DNA of 63,693 nt, filler included, from an uncultured Gemmatimonadota bacterium (lineage in GTDB: Bacteria; Blakebacterota; Blakebacteria; Blakebacterales; Blakebacteraceae), in the NCBI GenBank assembly GCA_964576115.1. It is 4 parts of 4 records of this genome, joined end to end, with 100 filler letters (N's around TTAATTAATTAA, not from the genome) between each part and the next. Parts side by side here need not be neighbours in the genome. Positions count along the whole stretch, not along the records: positions 34,370 to 51,173 come from CAZNUA010000064.1; positions 51,274 to 63,693 come from CAZNUA010000077.1; 2 more parts are not named here. The stretch is one strand, 5' to 3'. Below the pieces are notes generated by a model. It searched no databases and was not told the DNA's origin. It was given only the letters and a program-made list of their open reading frames with translations. Shown in pieces: positions 49,762-59,614 of this stretch; positions within the stretch are counted from its first letter, which is position 1; each line of letters starts with the position of its first letter. Both the position numbers and the translations under genes were made by a program.

Positions 49762-51173
49762 ACGGCAGTCCGATCGACACCTCACGCCCGACCGACACCG
49801 TCTCGCTCAAGCGCGCCGCCCTCTCGATCGCGGTCCTGAGCTCTTTCCTGACCCCCTTCGTGGGCTCCTCAGTCAACATCGCCCTGCCCGCCATCGGCAC
49901 CGCCTTCGAGGCCGACGCGGTGACCCTGAGCTGGATCGCCACCGCCTATCTGCTGGCCGCAGCGGTCTCGCTGGTGCCCTTCGGACGGCTGGCCGACATC
50001 CACGGCCGGCGACGTATCTTCGCCTGGGGGATCGGAGTCTTCACCCTGGCATCGCTGTTCTGCAGCCTGGCCCCCTCGATCGCCGCCCTGCTCGTCGGAC
50101 GGGTGGTGCAGGGGATCGGGAGCGCCATGATCTTCGCCACCGGGGTCGCCATCCTGACCTCTGTTTTCGGTCCGGGCGAGCGCGGCCGGGCCCTGGGGAT
50201 CTCGGTCGCCGCCGTCTATATCGGGCTCAGCCTCGGCCCTTTCCTCGGCGGTCTGCTGGTCCAGCACTTCACGTGGCGCAGTGTCTTCGTGGTGCTGGTG
50301 CCGCTGGGAGTTGTGACCATCTGGGTGACCCTGACCCGCCTGAAGGGCGAGTGGGCCGAAGCAGAGGGGGAGCGGTTCGACACGATCGGAGCGCTCATCT
50401 ACGCCGGTTCCCTGATCGCCCTGATGTACGGCATCATTCTGTTGCCGCGGGCCTGCTGCGCCTGGCTCATCGCAGCCGGGCTGGCCGGCCTGACAGGCTT
50501 CGTAGTCTGGGAGCAGCGGGTCGAGCACCCGGTCTTCGAGGTGCGTCTGTTTCGCGGCAACCGCGTCTTCGCCTTTTCCAACCTGGCCGCCCTGCTCAAC
50601 TACAGCGCCACTTTCGGGGTGACCTTCCTGATGAGTCTGTACCTGCAGTATATCGGCGGTCTCACCCCGCAGGGGGCGGGCGCGATCCTGATCGCCGCCC
50701 CGATCACCCAAGCCATTATCAGCCCCTTCGCCGGTCGACTTTCGGACCGCATCGAACCCCGCCTGGTGGCCTCGGCCGGCATGACCCTGACCACGATCGG
50801 TCTGGCACTCTTCGCCTTCCTGGGCGCCGATACCGCCCGGGTAGTGATCGTCGGCATCCTGATCGTGCTCGGTCTCGGCTTCGCCTTCTTCAGCAGTCCC
50901 AATACCAACGCCATCATGAGCTCGGTCGAGAAGCGGTATTACGGGATCGCTTCGGGGTCGGTGGCCACCATGCGCCTGGTGGGCCAGTTGCTGAGCATGG
51001 GAGTGGCAACCATCGTGGTGACCGTCATCGTCGGCCGGGTGCAGATCACCCCCGCTTACCACGACACCTTCATCGAGGCGGTCCGGCTCAGTTTCACCAT
51101 TTTCGCGCTCACCTGCCTGGTCGGCATCTTCGCGTCCCTGGCCCGCGGTCGAGCGCACGGGGATCGAACCGCA
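49758..51173 (+). CDS. DHA2-type (14-TMS) MFS transporter; probable CTG start, stop codon lost at contig end
   Basis: TM1 (AALSIAVLSSFLTPFVGSSVNIALPAI) begins upstream of the first GTG; GRLADIHGRRR; FSSPNTNAIM. Confidence 0.85.
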
Positions 51174-51273
51174 NNNNNNNNNNNNNNNNNNNNNNNNNNN
51201 NNNNNNNNNNNNNNNNNTTAATTAATTAANNNNNNNNNNNNNNNNNNNNNNNNNNNNNNNNNNNNNNNNNNNN
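51174..51273. other. Artificial contig linker
   Basis: 44 N + TTAATTAATTAA + 44 N. Confidence 0.99.
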
Positions 51274-51656
51274 GCCGGCGGATTCGAAGCCAGGCCGGGG
51301 ATGAAGAAACCCAGATACCCCGTGAAGGCCACGGCGATGGCCGCGTTTCCGACCCAGATCGAGATCCAGTAGCCCCAGGCAACGAGAAAGGCCGCCAGAT
51401 CGCCGAACGCATATCGTGTGTAGGCATACGGTCCGCCTGTTCCAGGCACCATCCGGCTCAAGCGGGCAAAGGTCAGCGCCAGGACGATCGCCCCGGCCGA
51501 GGTGAAGAGCCAGCCGACGATACTGATCCCGCCGATGGCGGCCAGCGAGGCCGGCAGAAGGAAGATTCCGGAACCGATCATGTTGCCGGTCACCAGCGCA
51601 GTGCTCATCCAGAAGCCCAGTTTGCGCCGCTCTGCTCCCCCTTCTGCCGAGATCAC
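51274..51656 (-). CDS. APC-family amino acid/polyamine permease (PotE/CadB/AdiC-like), 3'-truncated
   Basis: KLGFW...GNMIGSGIFLLPASLA, GGPYAY, WGYW. Confidence 0.92.
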
Positions 51657-51827
51657 CGCCGACTCCTCTCACTGCGTCCGACACCCGATGCACGGGCGTT
51701 CTGGAACAGATCATACCCGCCCTGCGGCCCGAACCGGAACCGGGCAATGGCATTGTCAGGGTTTGTTTCCCTCCGGTACCGTGGTTTGCAGTGATGGCTA
51801 TGATCCTGGCCCTGAGGGGGTGCTGAC

Positions 51828-53285
51828 GTGAGACCGCTCCTGAGACTGCTGAGTGACGAACTCGTTGAGAGGATCCTCGATGAAGCCCGCGGGATACTGC
51901 AGAACCTGGGGGTGGAGATCCACAACGAGAAGGCGGTCAGTCTGCTGGGTGATCACGGCGCCGACGTGGACCGGCCCAAGGGGCGGGTGAGACTGCCGGG
52001 AGATCTGGTGGATCGGGCCCTGGCCACGGTCCCGTCGGGTTTCGCGCTGTACGACAGTACGGGTGAGCAGACCCATGACCTGAGCGGCAACAGGGTCTAC
52101 TTCACGCCGGGATCTTCGGCGATCAATATCCTCGATCTCGAGTCCGGTGTCATGCGACGGCCGGTAACGGCCGACTACGTGCGGTATGCCCGGCTCATGG
52201 GTGGTCTGGACCATATCGCCTCGCAGAGCACGGCCTTCATTCCGACCGATGTACCCGACGAGGTGACCGATTCCTACCGGCTGTACCTGAGCCTGATGTT
52301 CTGTTCCAAACCGGTGGTGACCGGGGCCTTTACGATCGAGTCGTTCGAACTGATGAAGAACCTGCAGGTGGCGGTGCGGGGATCGATGGAGGCTCTGCAG
52401 GACAAACCGCTGACGATCTTCTCGATCTGCCCCACCGCGCCGCTCAAATGGAGCGAAGTCACTTCGCAGAATCTGCTCGATTGCGCCGAATACTCCATCC
52501 CGGTGGAATATGTCTCCATGCCCCTGGCCGGCTTCATGTCGCCGGTGACCCTGGTGGGCACGCTCATCCAGCATACAGCCGAAACCCTGAGCGGGGTGGT
52601 TCTGACCCAGCTGAAAAAGCCCGGGGCGCCGGCTCTGTGGGGAGGCTCGCCGGCGGCCTTCGATATCAGGTACGAAACCACCCCCATGGGAGCGGCCGAA
52701 ACCATCATGATCGATTGTGCGGCTGCCGAGATCGGGAAGCATCTTGGTCTGCCGACCCAGGCCTACAGCGCGCTGAGCGACGCCAAACTCCTCGATGCCC
52801 AGGCCGGGCTGGAGACCGCGATGGGAGCCGCCCTTTCGGTTCTGGCCGGTATCAACAGCGTCTCGGGACCGGGAATGCTCGATTTCGAGAGCTGTCAGAG
52901 CCTCGAGAAGCTGGTGCTCGACAACGAGATCTGCGGTCTGGCTCTGCGTCTGGTCGAGGGGATCGAGCCGAAGGACGATTTTCCGGCCGGAGAGCTATTC
53001 AACGAGCTTCTCGAAACCGGACATCTGCTCATCGCCGGGCACACCCTCACCCATCTGAAAGGTGAACACTACCTTCCCTCGACGGTGATCGACCGGGCCA
53101 ACCGGTCCCGCTGGCAGGAGGAGGGCAGCCTGACCCTGGGCGAGCGGGCGCGGCTCGAGGTCGACAGACTGGTCGGGGAGTGGCAACCGGTCGGGCTCGA
53201 TCCGGCGGTGCTGACCGAGCTGACCGATCTCATGGAAACCGAAGCCCGCCGGTACGGTTTGGATCGACTCCCGGACAGGGAATGA
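51828..53285 (+). CDS. MttB-superfamily (trimethylamine methyltransferase-like) corrinoid methyltransferase, non-pyrrolysine
   Basis: ILQNLGV, SPVTLVGTL, KPGAP, MGAAE, SDAKLLDAQAGLE, GMLDF, SLEKLVLDNEI; no in-frame TAG. Confidence 0.92.
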   Translation: MRPLLRLLSDELVERILDEARGILQNLGVEIHNEKAVSLLGDHGADVDRPKGRVRLPGDLVDRALATVPSGFALYDSTGEQTHDLSGNRVYFTPGSSAINILDLESGVMRRPVTADYVRYARLMGGLDHIASQSTAFIPTDVPDEVTDSYRLYLSLMFCSKPVVTGAFTIESFELMKNLQVAVRGSMEALQDKPLTIFSICPTAPLKWSEVTSQNLLDCAEYSIPVEYVSMPLAGFMSPVTLVGTLIQHTAETLSGVVLTQLKKPGAPALWGGSPAAFDIRYETTPMGAAETIMIDCAAAEIGKHLGLPTQAYSALSDAKLLDAQAGLETAMGAALSVLAGINSVSGPGMLDFESCQSLEKLVLDNEICGLALRLVEGIEPKDDFPAGELFNELLETGHLLIAGHTLTHLKGEHYLPSTVIDRANRSRWQEEGSLTLGERARLEVDRLVGEWQPVGLDPAVLTELTDLMETEARRYGLDRLPDRE

Positions 53286-53323
53286 GCTGATCCGAACACA
53301 CACAGGCAGTAACGGAGGCGGAT

Positions 53324-53956
53324 ATGGAGATCCTGCAGGCGATCGCGAAAGCCCTGGAGAAAGGCGATCAGAAAGACGTGGCCCGGCTGACAACACAGGC
53401 CATCGAGCAGGAGAATCCGCCCCAGACGATCCTCGACGACGGTCTGATCGCCGGCATGGATGTCGTGGGCGAACAATTCAGGGCCCACGAGATCTTCCTG
53501 CCCCAGGTTCTCCTGGCCGCCCAGGCGATGTACGCCGGTCTCGACCTGCTCGAGCCCCTGCTGCTCTCCGAGGGCATTGCCTCCCGCGGCAAGGTCGTCA
53601 TCGGCACCGTCGAGGGCGATCTGCACGACATCGGCAAGAACCTGGTCGGAATCATGCTGCGCGGAGCCGGATTCGAGGTCATTGATCTGGGCAGCGATGT
53701 CTCACCGGAACGCTTCGTGGCGGCCGCCGGTGAATCGGGAGCGCCGGTGATCGGCATGTCGGCCCTGCTCACCACGACCATGCCGGTCATGGGCCGGACG
53801 GTCGAACGTATAGAAAAGGAAGGCTTAACGGGGCAGGTACAGGCCATCGTCGGGGGCGCGCCGCTCTCCCGGGATTTCGCCGAGCGGATCGGGGCGGCCG
53901 GCTACGGCTACGATGGTCTGAGCGCCGTCGATCTGGTCAAGAAACTGATTTCCTGA
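53324..53956 (+). CDS. Cognate corrinoid (B12-binding) protein, MttC/MtbC-like
   Basis: GLIAGMDVVG, IFLPQV, GDLHDIGKNLV (DxHxxG), SALLTTTM, VGGAP. Confidence 0.95.
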   Translation: MEILQAIAKALEKGDQKDVARLTTQAIEQENPPQTILDDGLIAGMDVVGEQFRAHEIFLPQVLLAAQAMYAGLDLLEPLLLSEGIASRGKVVIGTVEGDLHDIGKNLVGIMLRGAGFEVIDLGSDVSPERFVAAAGESGAPVIGMSALLTTTMPVMGRTVERIEKEGLTGQVQAIVGGAPLSRDFAERIGAAGYGYDGLSAVDLVKKLIS

Positions 53957-54013
53957 GATCACCCGTTCCGAGCGACACCCTTCATCGGCCCGGAGTATTC
54001 AACGCCAGCGGAC

Positions 54014-55684
54014 CTAGCCTCCCAGGATCCAGTAGAAGAGGGCGATCAGCAGGCCCACCCCGGCCCAGCCGGCGAAGAAACCGATCAGTCCGACCGCGGT
54101 CGGTTTCGGGAACTCGAAGTCGGGGTGGTCGAACCAGACCCGGCGCGGAGCCGGCTCGACTCCCGGGGGCAGGGTGAAGGGTTCGGTCTCCGGCTCGTCG
54201 GGTCCGATCGGCGTGCGCAGGCAGGTATAGAAAGAATCGAGTTGCTCCCTGGCTACCGGGCGGGTGATGAGGCTGACGAGGATCATGACCACCAGACCGA
54301 CACTCAGATAGGCGACCATCTGCCAGGGCAGGCTGACGGTCTCGCCGGCGAGCATGAAAGAGGGCAGGGTTCCGGGCAGGGTGTCGGTCCAGAGCCAGAC
54401 CGCGAAGCTAGCCAGGGTGGCGGACCAGGCCGCGACCGGGGTGGCCCGCCGCCAGAAGAGCCCGACCCAGAAGGGGATGCCCATCATGGCCGCCACCTTC
54501 CAGAAAATCTCCAGCCCGGTGACCACCGATTCCAGGGTGAAGGCGAAGAAGATCCCGCAGGCCACCACCACCAGCGAGGTGACCCGGCCGACCCGCATGT
54601 AGTGCCGGTCGCTGCGGCCCCGGACCAGGTGGGGGCGGTAGATGTTCTGGGTAAAAAGGGCCGAGGAACTGACCATGAAGGCATCGCACGAACTCATCAC
54701 CGCGGCCAGCATCGAGGCGATGAACAGGCCCACCAGGCCCGGGGCGATGACGGGCAGCAGGCGCTGGGCCATCAGGCCGTAGACGTGGTCGATGTCCACC
54801 GTCTGACCGAGGTAGAGGCCGATGGCGCACAGCCCGGTCAGGGTCCAGGCGATGGTGCAGATCCGCTTGATGAAGATCCCCACCATCAGGCCCACCCGGC
54901 CCTCCATCTCGGTCTTACCCGCCGCGGCCATGCCCATGTTGTGGGGTTGGGTCACCCACCCGACCAGAGCATTGAAGGCGATCACCGCGATGTAGAAGGT
55001 CGTGATCCCCGCCGGGGCCACGATCTTGAACAGGTCGGGGTTCTGCACCGTCGCCTTCAGACCCGCCAGACCCCCCACCGCCGACAGGGCGAAGGGCAGG
55101 ATCAGGAAGGAGAGCACAATGGTGAGCAGGCCCTGCACGAAGTCGGTCATGATGGCGGCGTTCAGACCGCCGGCGATGCCGTAGACGACGAAGATGATGG
55201 TCATGCCGGCGATCGCCAGCCCGGGATCGATGCTGCCCCCCGAGACGGCGGTGATCATGGCGCTCGAGCCCTTGAGCATGACCCCGATGTTGACCGTCAA
55301 TTGCAGCATGCCGATGGCGGCAAAGAGAGCCGCCACGCTCGAACCGTAGCGGGCCTGATAGTAATCGCCGGTGGTGATGCAGCGCATGCGCCGGAACACC
55401 GGTGCGATGAGCCAGAAGAAGGGAGTCACCGGGAGCCAGAGCCACTGGTACCAGATCCCCGAAGCGCCGTCGGTGTAGGTCTTGGCCGAGACGCTCACCG
55501 CCTGGTCGGAGTGGGTCCCGGTCCCGAAGGTGAAGAACATCATCAGCAGCTTGCCGTACTTGCGGTCGCTGATGAAATAGCTGGACATGCTCTTCACCCG
55601 CCGCACCGCCCAGATCCCCACCACGGCGATACCGGCCAGGTAGACCACGATCACCAGCCAGTCGATCCAGTTGACTCCCAGCAC
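54014..55684 (-). CDS. Sodium:solute symporter (SSS) family transporter
   Basis: IDWLVIVVYL, YGIAGGLNAAIMTDFVQG, GLVGLFIASMLAAVMSS; about 13 TM helices. Confidence 0.92.
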   Translation of the reverse strand: MLGVNWIDWLVIVVYLAGIAVVGIWAVRRVKSMSSYFISDRKYGKLLMMFFTFGTGTHSDQAVSVSAKTYTDGASGIWYQWLWLPVTPFFWLIAPVFRRMRCITTGDYYQARYGSSVAALFAAIGMLQLTVNIGVMLKGSSAMITAVSGGSIDPGLAIAGMTIIFVVYGIAGGLNAAIMTDFVQGLLTIVLSFLILPFALSAVGGLAGLKATVQNPDLFKIVAPAGITTFYIAVIAFNALVGWVTQPHNMGMAAAGKTEMEGRVGLMVGIFIKRICTIAWTLTGLCAIGLYLGQTVDIDHVYGLMAQRLLPVIAPGLVGLFIASMLAAVMSSCDAFMVSSSALFTQNIYRPHLVRGRSDRHYMRVGRVTSLVVVACGIFFAFTLESVVTGLEIFWKVAAMMGIPFWVGLFWRRATPVAAWSATLASFAVWLWTDTLPGTLPSFMLAGETVSLPWQMVAYLSVGLVVMILVSLITRPVAREQLDSFYTCLRTPIGPDEPETEPFTLPPGVEPAPRRVWFDHPDFEFPKPTAVGLIGFFAGWAGVGLLIALFYWILGG

Positions 55685-55708
55685 GCGGCGACCCTTCCCC
55701 TGCTGGTG

Positions 55709-56869
55709 CTACTTCACAATCGCCAGCTCATCCCGGCCGGGTAGGGCGGGGAAGGGGGCGTGCGGTTCGGCCTGGTACCAGAAGGCCACCGAAGATATGT
55801 CGTCCTGCAGGGGCAGGTAGCGCCCCTCGCTCTGCCAGCCCAGGGCCTGGATCGTCACCCGCAGGTCGCGGGCGAACCGGATCGGGTCCATGATATGCCA
55901 GCGGTAGAGCCCGAACCGGCGCGGTGTCTGCCGTTCGGCGTCGGCCCGGATGACCTGGGGCATGCCGGCGTAGGGGGTCGAGAAGACCATGTAGTCACCG
56001 GTGGCGGGGTTGGAGAAACCGTACGAACCGCAGAAGTAATCCTCGGTCCCCGTGCCGCAGATGGTGGGGAACTCATCGTCGCCGTCCATGAAGAACTTGA
56101 TCTCGCCCTCGCCCCACCAGCCCGGGCTGTTGGCCCCCCAGCACATGTAGGTGCCCACGTACTGTCCCTGCCCGCGCACTCCCTCCAGGATGGTGTAGTC
56201 CTGCCTGTCGGGCAGGGGGTTGGAGCGGCGGAACTGGGCGTGCAGGTAGCCGGCGTCGGCGGGGATGCGCGTCAGGGTGTAATCGATCTGGTAGTAGAGG
56301 ATCATGTCCTGCTCGGCGATGTTCTCCATGGTGATGCGGCAGGAGCGCCGGAAGGGCATCGACCAGTAGCAGTTGAAGCCGCTACCCGGGTTGACGCAGA
56401 CGGCATGCGAGGTCACGTGGGCGAAACTGCCCCAGCCGTTGGCGAAGAAGTCGCCCACCGGGACCTCGATCGAAGGTTCGCTTTCCCCGTCCCAGTAGAA
56501 GCGTAGGATCGAAAAGCGCCAGTTCCCGGTCGGGGTCATCCAGATGTGCTGGATCGCTCCGGGCCCGTCGATCGCGGCCAGTTCGAAAGTCGTCCCGGCG
56601 GTGATGCGCACCGAGGGGGAGACCTTCCACCCCTGACCGAGTTCGCGGGCGGCCCGGGCTCCGGTGCCCTCGGTGGCCATCCCGCCCCGGCCCTTCTCGC
56701 CGGTGAAGTTCTCGGGACTGATCGAGCGGGTCTGCGCCGAACTGAGCAGGGGCAGGGTGGAGAGGCCCATTTCGAGCCCCTCGAAGTTCTCGCGTTCGGC
56801 ACAGGCGGCCAGCGCCGCGACGCAGAGTCCGAGCAGGGCCAGGTTCCCGGCCGCTTTCAGCATCATCAT
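55709..56869 (-). CDS. DUF2961 / GH172-like glycoside hydrolase lipoprotein
   Basis: Lipobox LAAC; TRSISPENFTGEKG, GPGAIQHIW, VPVGDFF, WWGEGE, GTGTEDYF, YRWHIMDP; AAGGAG SD. Confidence 0.9.
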   Translation of the reverse strand: MMMLKAAGNLALLGLCVAALAACAERENFEGLEMGLSTLPLLSSAQTRSISPENFTGEKGRGGMATEGTGARAARELGQGWKVSPSVRITAGTTFELAAIDGPGAIQHIWMTPTGNWRFSILRFYWDGESEPSIEVPVGDFFANGWGSFAHVTSHAVCVNPGSGFNCYWSMPFRRSCRITMENIAEQDMILYYQIDYTLTRIPADAGYLHAQFRRSNPLPDRQDYTILEGVRGQGQYVGTYMCWGANSPGWWGEGEIKFFMDGDDEFPTICGTGTEDYFCGSYGFSNPATGDYMVFSTPYAGMPQVIRADAERQTPRRFGLYRWHIMDPIRFARDLRVTIQALGWQSEGRYLPLQDDISSVAFWYQAEPHAPFPALPGRDELAIVK

Positions 56870-57083
56870 GGCTCCTTCTCCTTTCGCTCGCTTTCCGTGA
56901 GACCGGTCCGTAAAGCGGATTCCCGTACCTCCAGTGCTCCCGCCGGGCCCGGGGCTGTAGTCGTCATCGCCCGTCCGGTTATCGGTCGTGATCGATGAAG
57001 AGTAGCACGAGAGCAGAAAAGGATTCCATGCCCAATCAGGCCCCTGCCCGGGTGAAGAATGAGCATGAACCGGTGGGCCGGAT

Positions 57084-58220
57084 TCAGGCGAGATCGAACA
57101 GATCCTGACAGCCGATGAACCGGACCACCCGCCCGCCGATGCGGCTCTGCCAGGCTGTCTCGACGGCAGGTGAGACGACATGGTCGGTGCCCTGCGGATA
57201 GGCGCTCCGGAACACCTTCAGGGCACCGACCTCGAAAGCGTCGGGATTGATCTTGCACTCAAAGGTGTCCACCCCCTCCCGGCCGGGCACGACGAAATCG
57301 ATCTCCCGTCCCGACTTGTCGCGCCAGTAGTGAATCGACCGGGCGGGCAGGGCCGCCCTGAGGGTATCCAGCACCAGGTGCTCCCAGAGCGTTCCCAGAT
57401 CCTCCCGGCGAAGCTCACGCCACCCCCGGGCGAAGCGGACGAAGCCGGTGTCGAAGGCGTAGACCTTCGGCTGTTTGACCAGCTCGCGGCGACCGCCGCC
57501 GTGAAAAGGTGACAGCGGTTGCAGGGCCAGGGCCACGGTCATCGCTTCGAGGTGCGCCTTGACCGTCGGACGGCTCAGACCGACTTCCCGGGAGAGGGCG
57601 GAATACTCCACCTGGCCGCCGCTCTGCCGCAGCATCAATCGCAGCAGATCGAGAAAGCCGGTCCGCTCGCGGATTCCGAAGAGTTCCTGGATATCCCGCG
57701 CATAAAAGCTCTCGAGCCATTCGGCATAGGCTTCCTCGGGGATCTGCCCGGAGAGGAGGTGTTCCGGGAGTCCCCCCCGATGGAGTCTCGTGGTCAGGTC
57801 CGGCGGGCCGAAACCGCTCCGGCTCTCGGACCAGAGAACGGGGGAGAGCCGGACGACGGTTTTCCGGCCGGTCAGGGTGTCACGGAATTTCCGGGTGGCG
57901 GCGAGGGTCGAGGATCCGGTCGCCAGGACGCGGAGGGTGGGAAAGGTGTCGGCGGCGATCTTCAGCAGCCGGGAGGGATCCGGGAGGCGGTGGATCTCGT
58001 CGAAGACGACCGTCGCACCGGCCGGGAGGCCGCGCAGGAAGAGTTCCGGATCGTCCAGCCGGCGGGCATCGGAAGGCAGATCACAGTTCAGATAGACGGT
58101 ATCCGGCAGCATGTGGGCCAGGGTGGTCTTGCCCACCCGGCGCACCCCGGCCAGCCAGACGATCGGCCGGTGGGTCCAGGCCTGGCGGATACGTTCGATC
58201 CAGAATGGGCGTACAATCAT
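57084..58220 (-). CDS. AAA_14 ATPase + wHTH + DUF4143 (PD-(D/E)XK-like) protein, copy 1
   Basis: GVRRVGKT, VVFDEIH, TGSS, LTGRK, PKVYAFDTG, HYWRDKSGREIDF...FECK. Confidence 0.9.
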   Translation of the reverse strand: MIVRPFWIERIRQAWTHRPIVWLAGVRRVGKTTLAHMLPDTVYLNCDLPSDARRLDDPELFLRGLPAGATVVFDEIHRLPDPSRLLKIAADTFPTLRVLATGSSTLAATRKFRDTLTGRKTVVRLSPVLWSESRSGFGPPDLTTRLHRGGLPEHLLSGQIPEEAYAEWLESFYARDIQELFGIRERTGFLDLLRLMLRQSGGQVEYSALSREVGLSRPTVKAHLEAMTVALALQPLSPFHGGGRRELVKQPKVYAFDTGFVRFARGWRELRREDLGTLWEHLVLDTLRAALPARSIHYWRDKSGREIDFVVPGREGVDTFECKINPDAFEVGALKVFRSAYPQGTDHVVSPAVETAWQSRIGGRVVRFIGCQDLFDLA

Positions 58221-58232
58221 AAACTATACTTA

Positions 58233-58252
58233 ACAAATAGACGTCTATTTGT
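58233..58252. promoter_or_regulatory. Perfect 20-bp palindrome 12 bp upstream of ATPase copy 1
   Basis: ACAAATAGACGTCTATTTGT is its own reverse complement; AT-rich context; no SD before the ATG. Confidence 0.7.
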
Positions 58253-58323
58253 AAAGCATATTGTATTTATAGCACTGAGGCGGTATCTGTCGCATGAACC
58301 TGTCCGGGTATCCAGAGGTTGAA

Positions 58324-59481
58324 TCACATCCCCGGCAGCGGGCGTTCCGGTGTCAACTCGCGGAGGAATTCATAGCAGGGAATGATCTGTATCCCTTCCC
58401 GGCGTAATCGCTCGGGACCGCGGTAGAGCAGGAGCGGGACGCACTCCGGGTAATCGGCACGGAAAGCCTTGAGAGCCCTGAGGTGATTCGAGTGAATCGT
58501 GCGGGTATTCTTCACTTCGACTGCCAGAAGACCATCCTCGCCATACAGCACGAAATCGACCTCCGTGCCGGCCGGGGTTCTCCAGAAATGAACCGTGTTC
58601 CTGCCCCCCCGGTACTGATTCCAGGCGATCAGATGTTGCAGGACGAGTCCTTCGAGGGCAGCTCCCTCGATCTCTTCTGACCGGTCGAAGGGTCCTGCCG
58701 GACGCAGAGATCTGAAGACACCGGCATCGAACAGGTAGAACTTCGGATGGGCCGTCACCCGTCTTTGCGCCCGGCGGGTGAAGACGGGAATCCGGAAGGC
58801 CAGCAGGAGGTCTTCCAGGATCGAGACATATCCCTCGACAGTCTTCCGGATGACCTCACACTCGCGGGCGACATTCGAGATGTTCAGGACACCGGCGTGC
58901 GAGATACTGACGGCTTCGAGGAAACGCGCGAAGTCGCCGATCTTCCGGACCAGGCCCTCGGCCCGGACCTCTTCCTCCAGGTAGAGTGTGACGTACCCCC
59001 TGATCGTCTCTTCGGGATTCCGGGATTCTGTAACGACCGGAAGCAGTCCGACCTCGAGGGCCTGTTTCAGATCAAATCTTTCCCCCAGTTCCGAAGCCAT
59101 GAAGGGGTGCATCGTCCGGCGAATCGCTCGTCCGGCCAGCAGATCCACTCCGGCGGCTCTTATCTTTCGCGCACTCGATCCGGTCAGAATGAACTGCAGG
59201 TCGGGGTGACGTTCGATCAGGAGGTGGACCACCTCGAGCAGTTCCGGGATTTTCTGGATCTCATCGAGCACGACACAGCGGCCCCGGGGGTGACTGTCGA
59301 GCAATTCGATCAGCCGTTCGGGTCGACTCGAATACCGGCGATACGTTTCAGGATCCAGCAGGTCGAGAAGGAGAGCCTCGGGATGGGTATGATTCACCCA
59401 CCAGGTCTTCCCTGTGCCGCGCGGTCCGAGCAGGAAGAAACTGGTTCCGGGATCGTGAAGATGTCGCGGGAGATAGTCCAT
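58324..59481 (-). CDS. AAA_14 ATPase + wHTH + DUF4143 protein, copy 2
   Basis: GPRGTGKT, VVLDEIQ, LTGSSA, LLAGRA, PKFYLFDAG, HFWRTPAGTEVDF...VEVK. Confidence 0.9.
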   Translation of the reverse strand: MDYLPRHLHDPGTSFFLLGPRGTGKTWWVNHTHPEALLLDLLDPETYRRYSSRPERLIELLDSHPRGRCVVLDEIQKIPELLEVVHLLIERHPDLQFILTGSSARKIRAAGVDLLAGRAIRRTMHPFMASELGERFDLKQALEVGLLPVVTESRNPEETIRGYVTLYLEEEVRAEGLVRKIGDFARFLEAVSISHAGVLNISNVARECEVIRKTVEGYVSILEDLLLAFRIPVFTRRAQRRVTAHPKFYLFDAGVFRSLRPAGPFDRSEEIEGAALEGLVLQHLIAWNQYRGGRNTVHFWRTPAGTEVDFVLYGEDGLLAVEVKNTRTIHSNHLRALKAFRADYPECVPLLLYRGPERLRREGIQIIPCYEFLRELTPERPLPGM

Positions 59482-59483
59482 TA

Positions 59484-59560
59484 TTGCCCTCTTTTGGAAT
59501 TGATTTTGCCATAAAAGACTCAATTGTGGCAACAACGTTTCCATAATTTAGGATAAATAT
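59484..59560 (-). promoter_or_regulatory. AT-rich promoter/operator region of ATPase copy 2
   Basis: Inverted repeat TTGCCATA...TGTGGCAA (59506-59532); extra TTGCC at 59484 and TTCCATA at 59539; minus-strand TTGCCA-N18-CAAAAT. Confidence 0.45.
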
Positions 59561-59614
59561 CTGGCGGTGTCGAGCGATATCTGCAGAACCCTCAGCAGCC
59601 GGGACCTGCAGTCA

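Noticed and set aside
17114-51273. Three identical N-flanked TTAATTAATTAA elements spaced about 17 kb apart
   Set aside because: Artificial six-frame-stop linkers. The pieces decrease in length (17056, 16804 bp), as in size-sorted concatenation. They are not biological repeats, and gene linkage across them is meaningless.
51828-53285. Pyrrolysine or selenocysteine recoding in MttB
   Set aside because: Full-length frame with no internal TAG/TGA; Leu at the expected Pyl position
58290-58325. attC-like site between ATPase genes (AACC...GGTTGAAT)
   Set aside because: Too short, no RYYYAAC box, no integron integrase in the window
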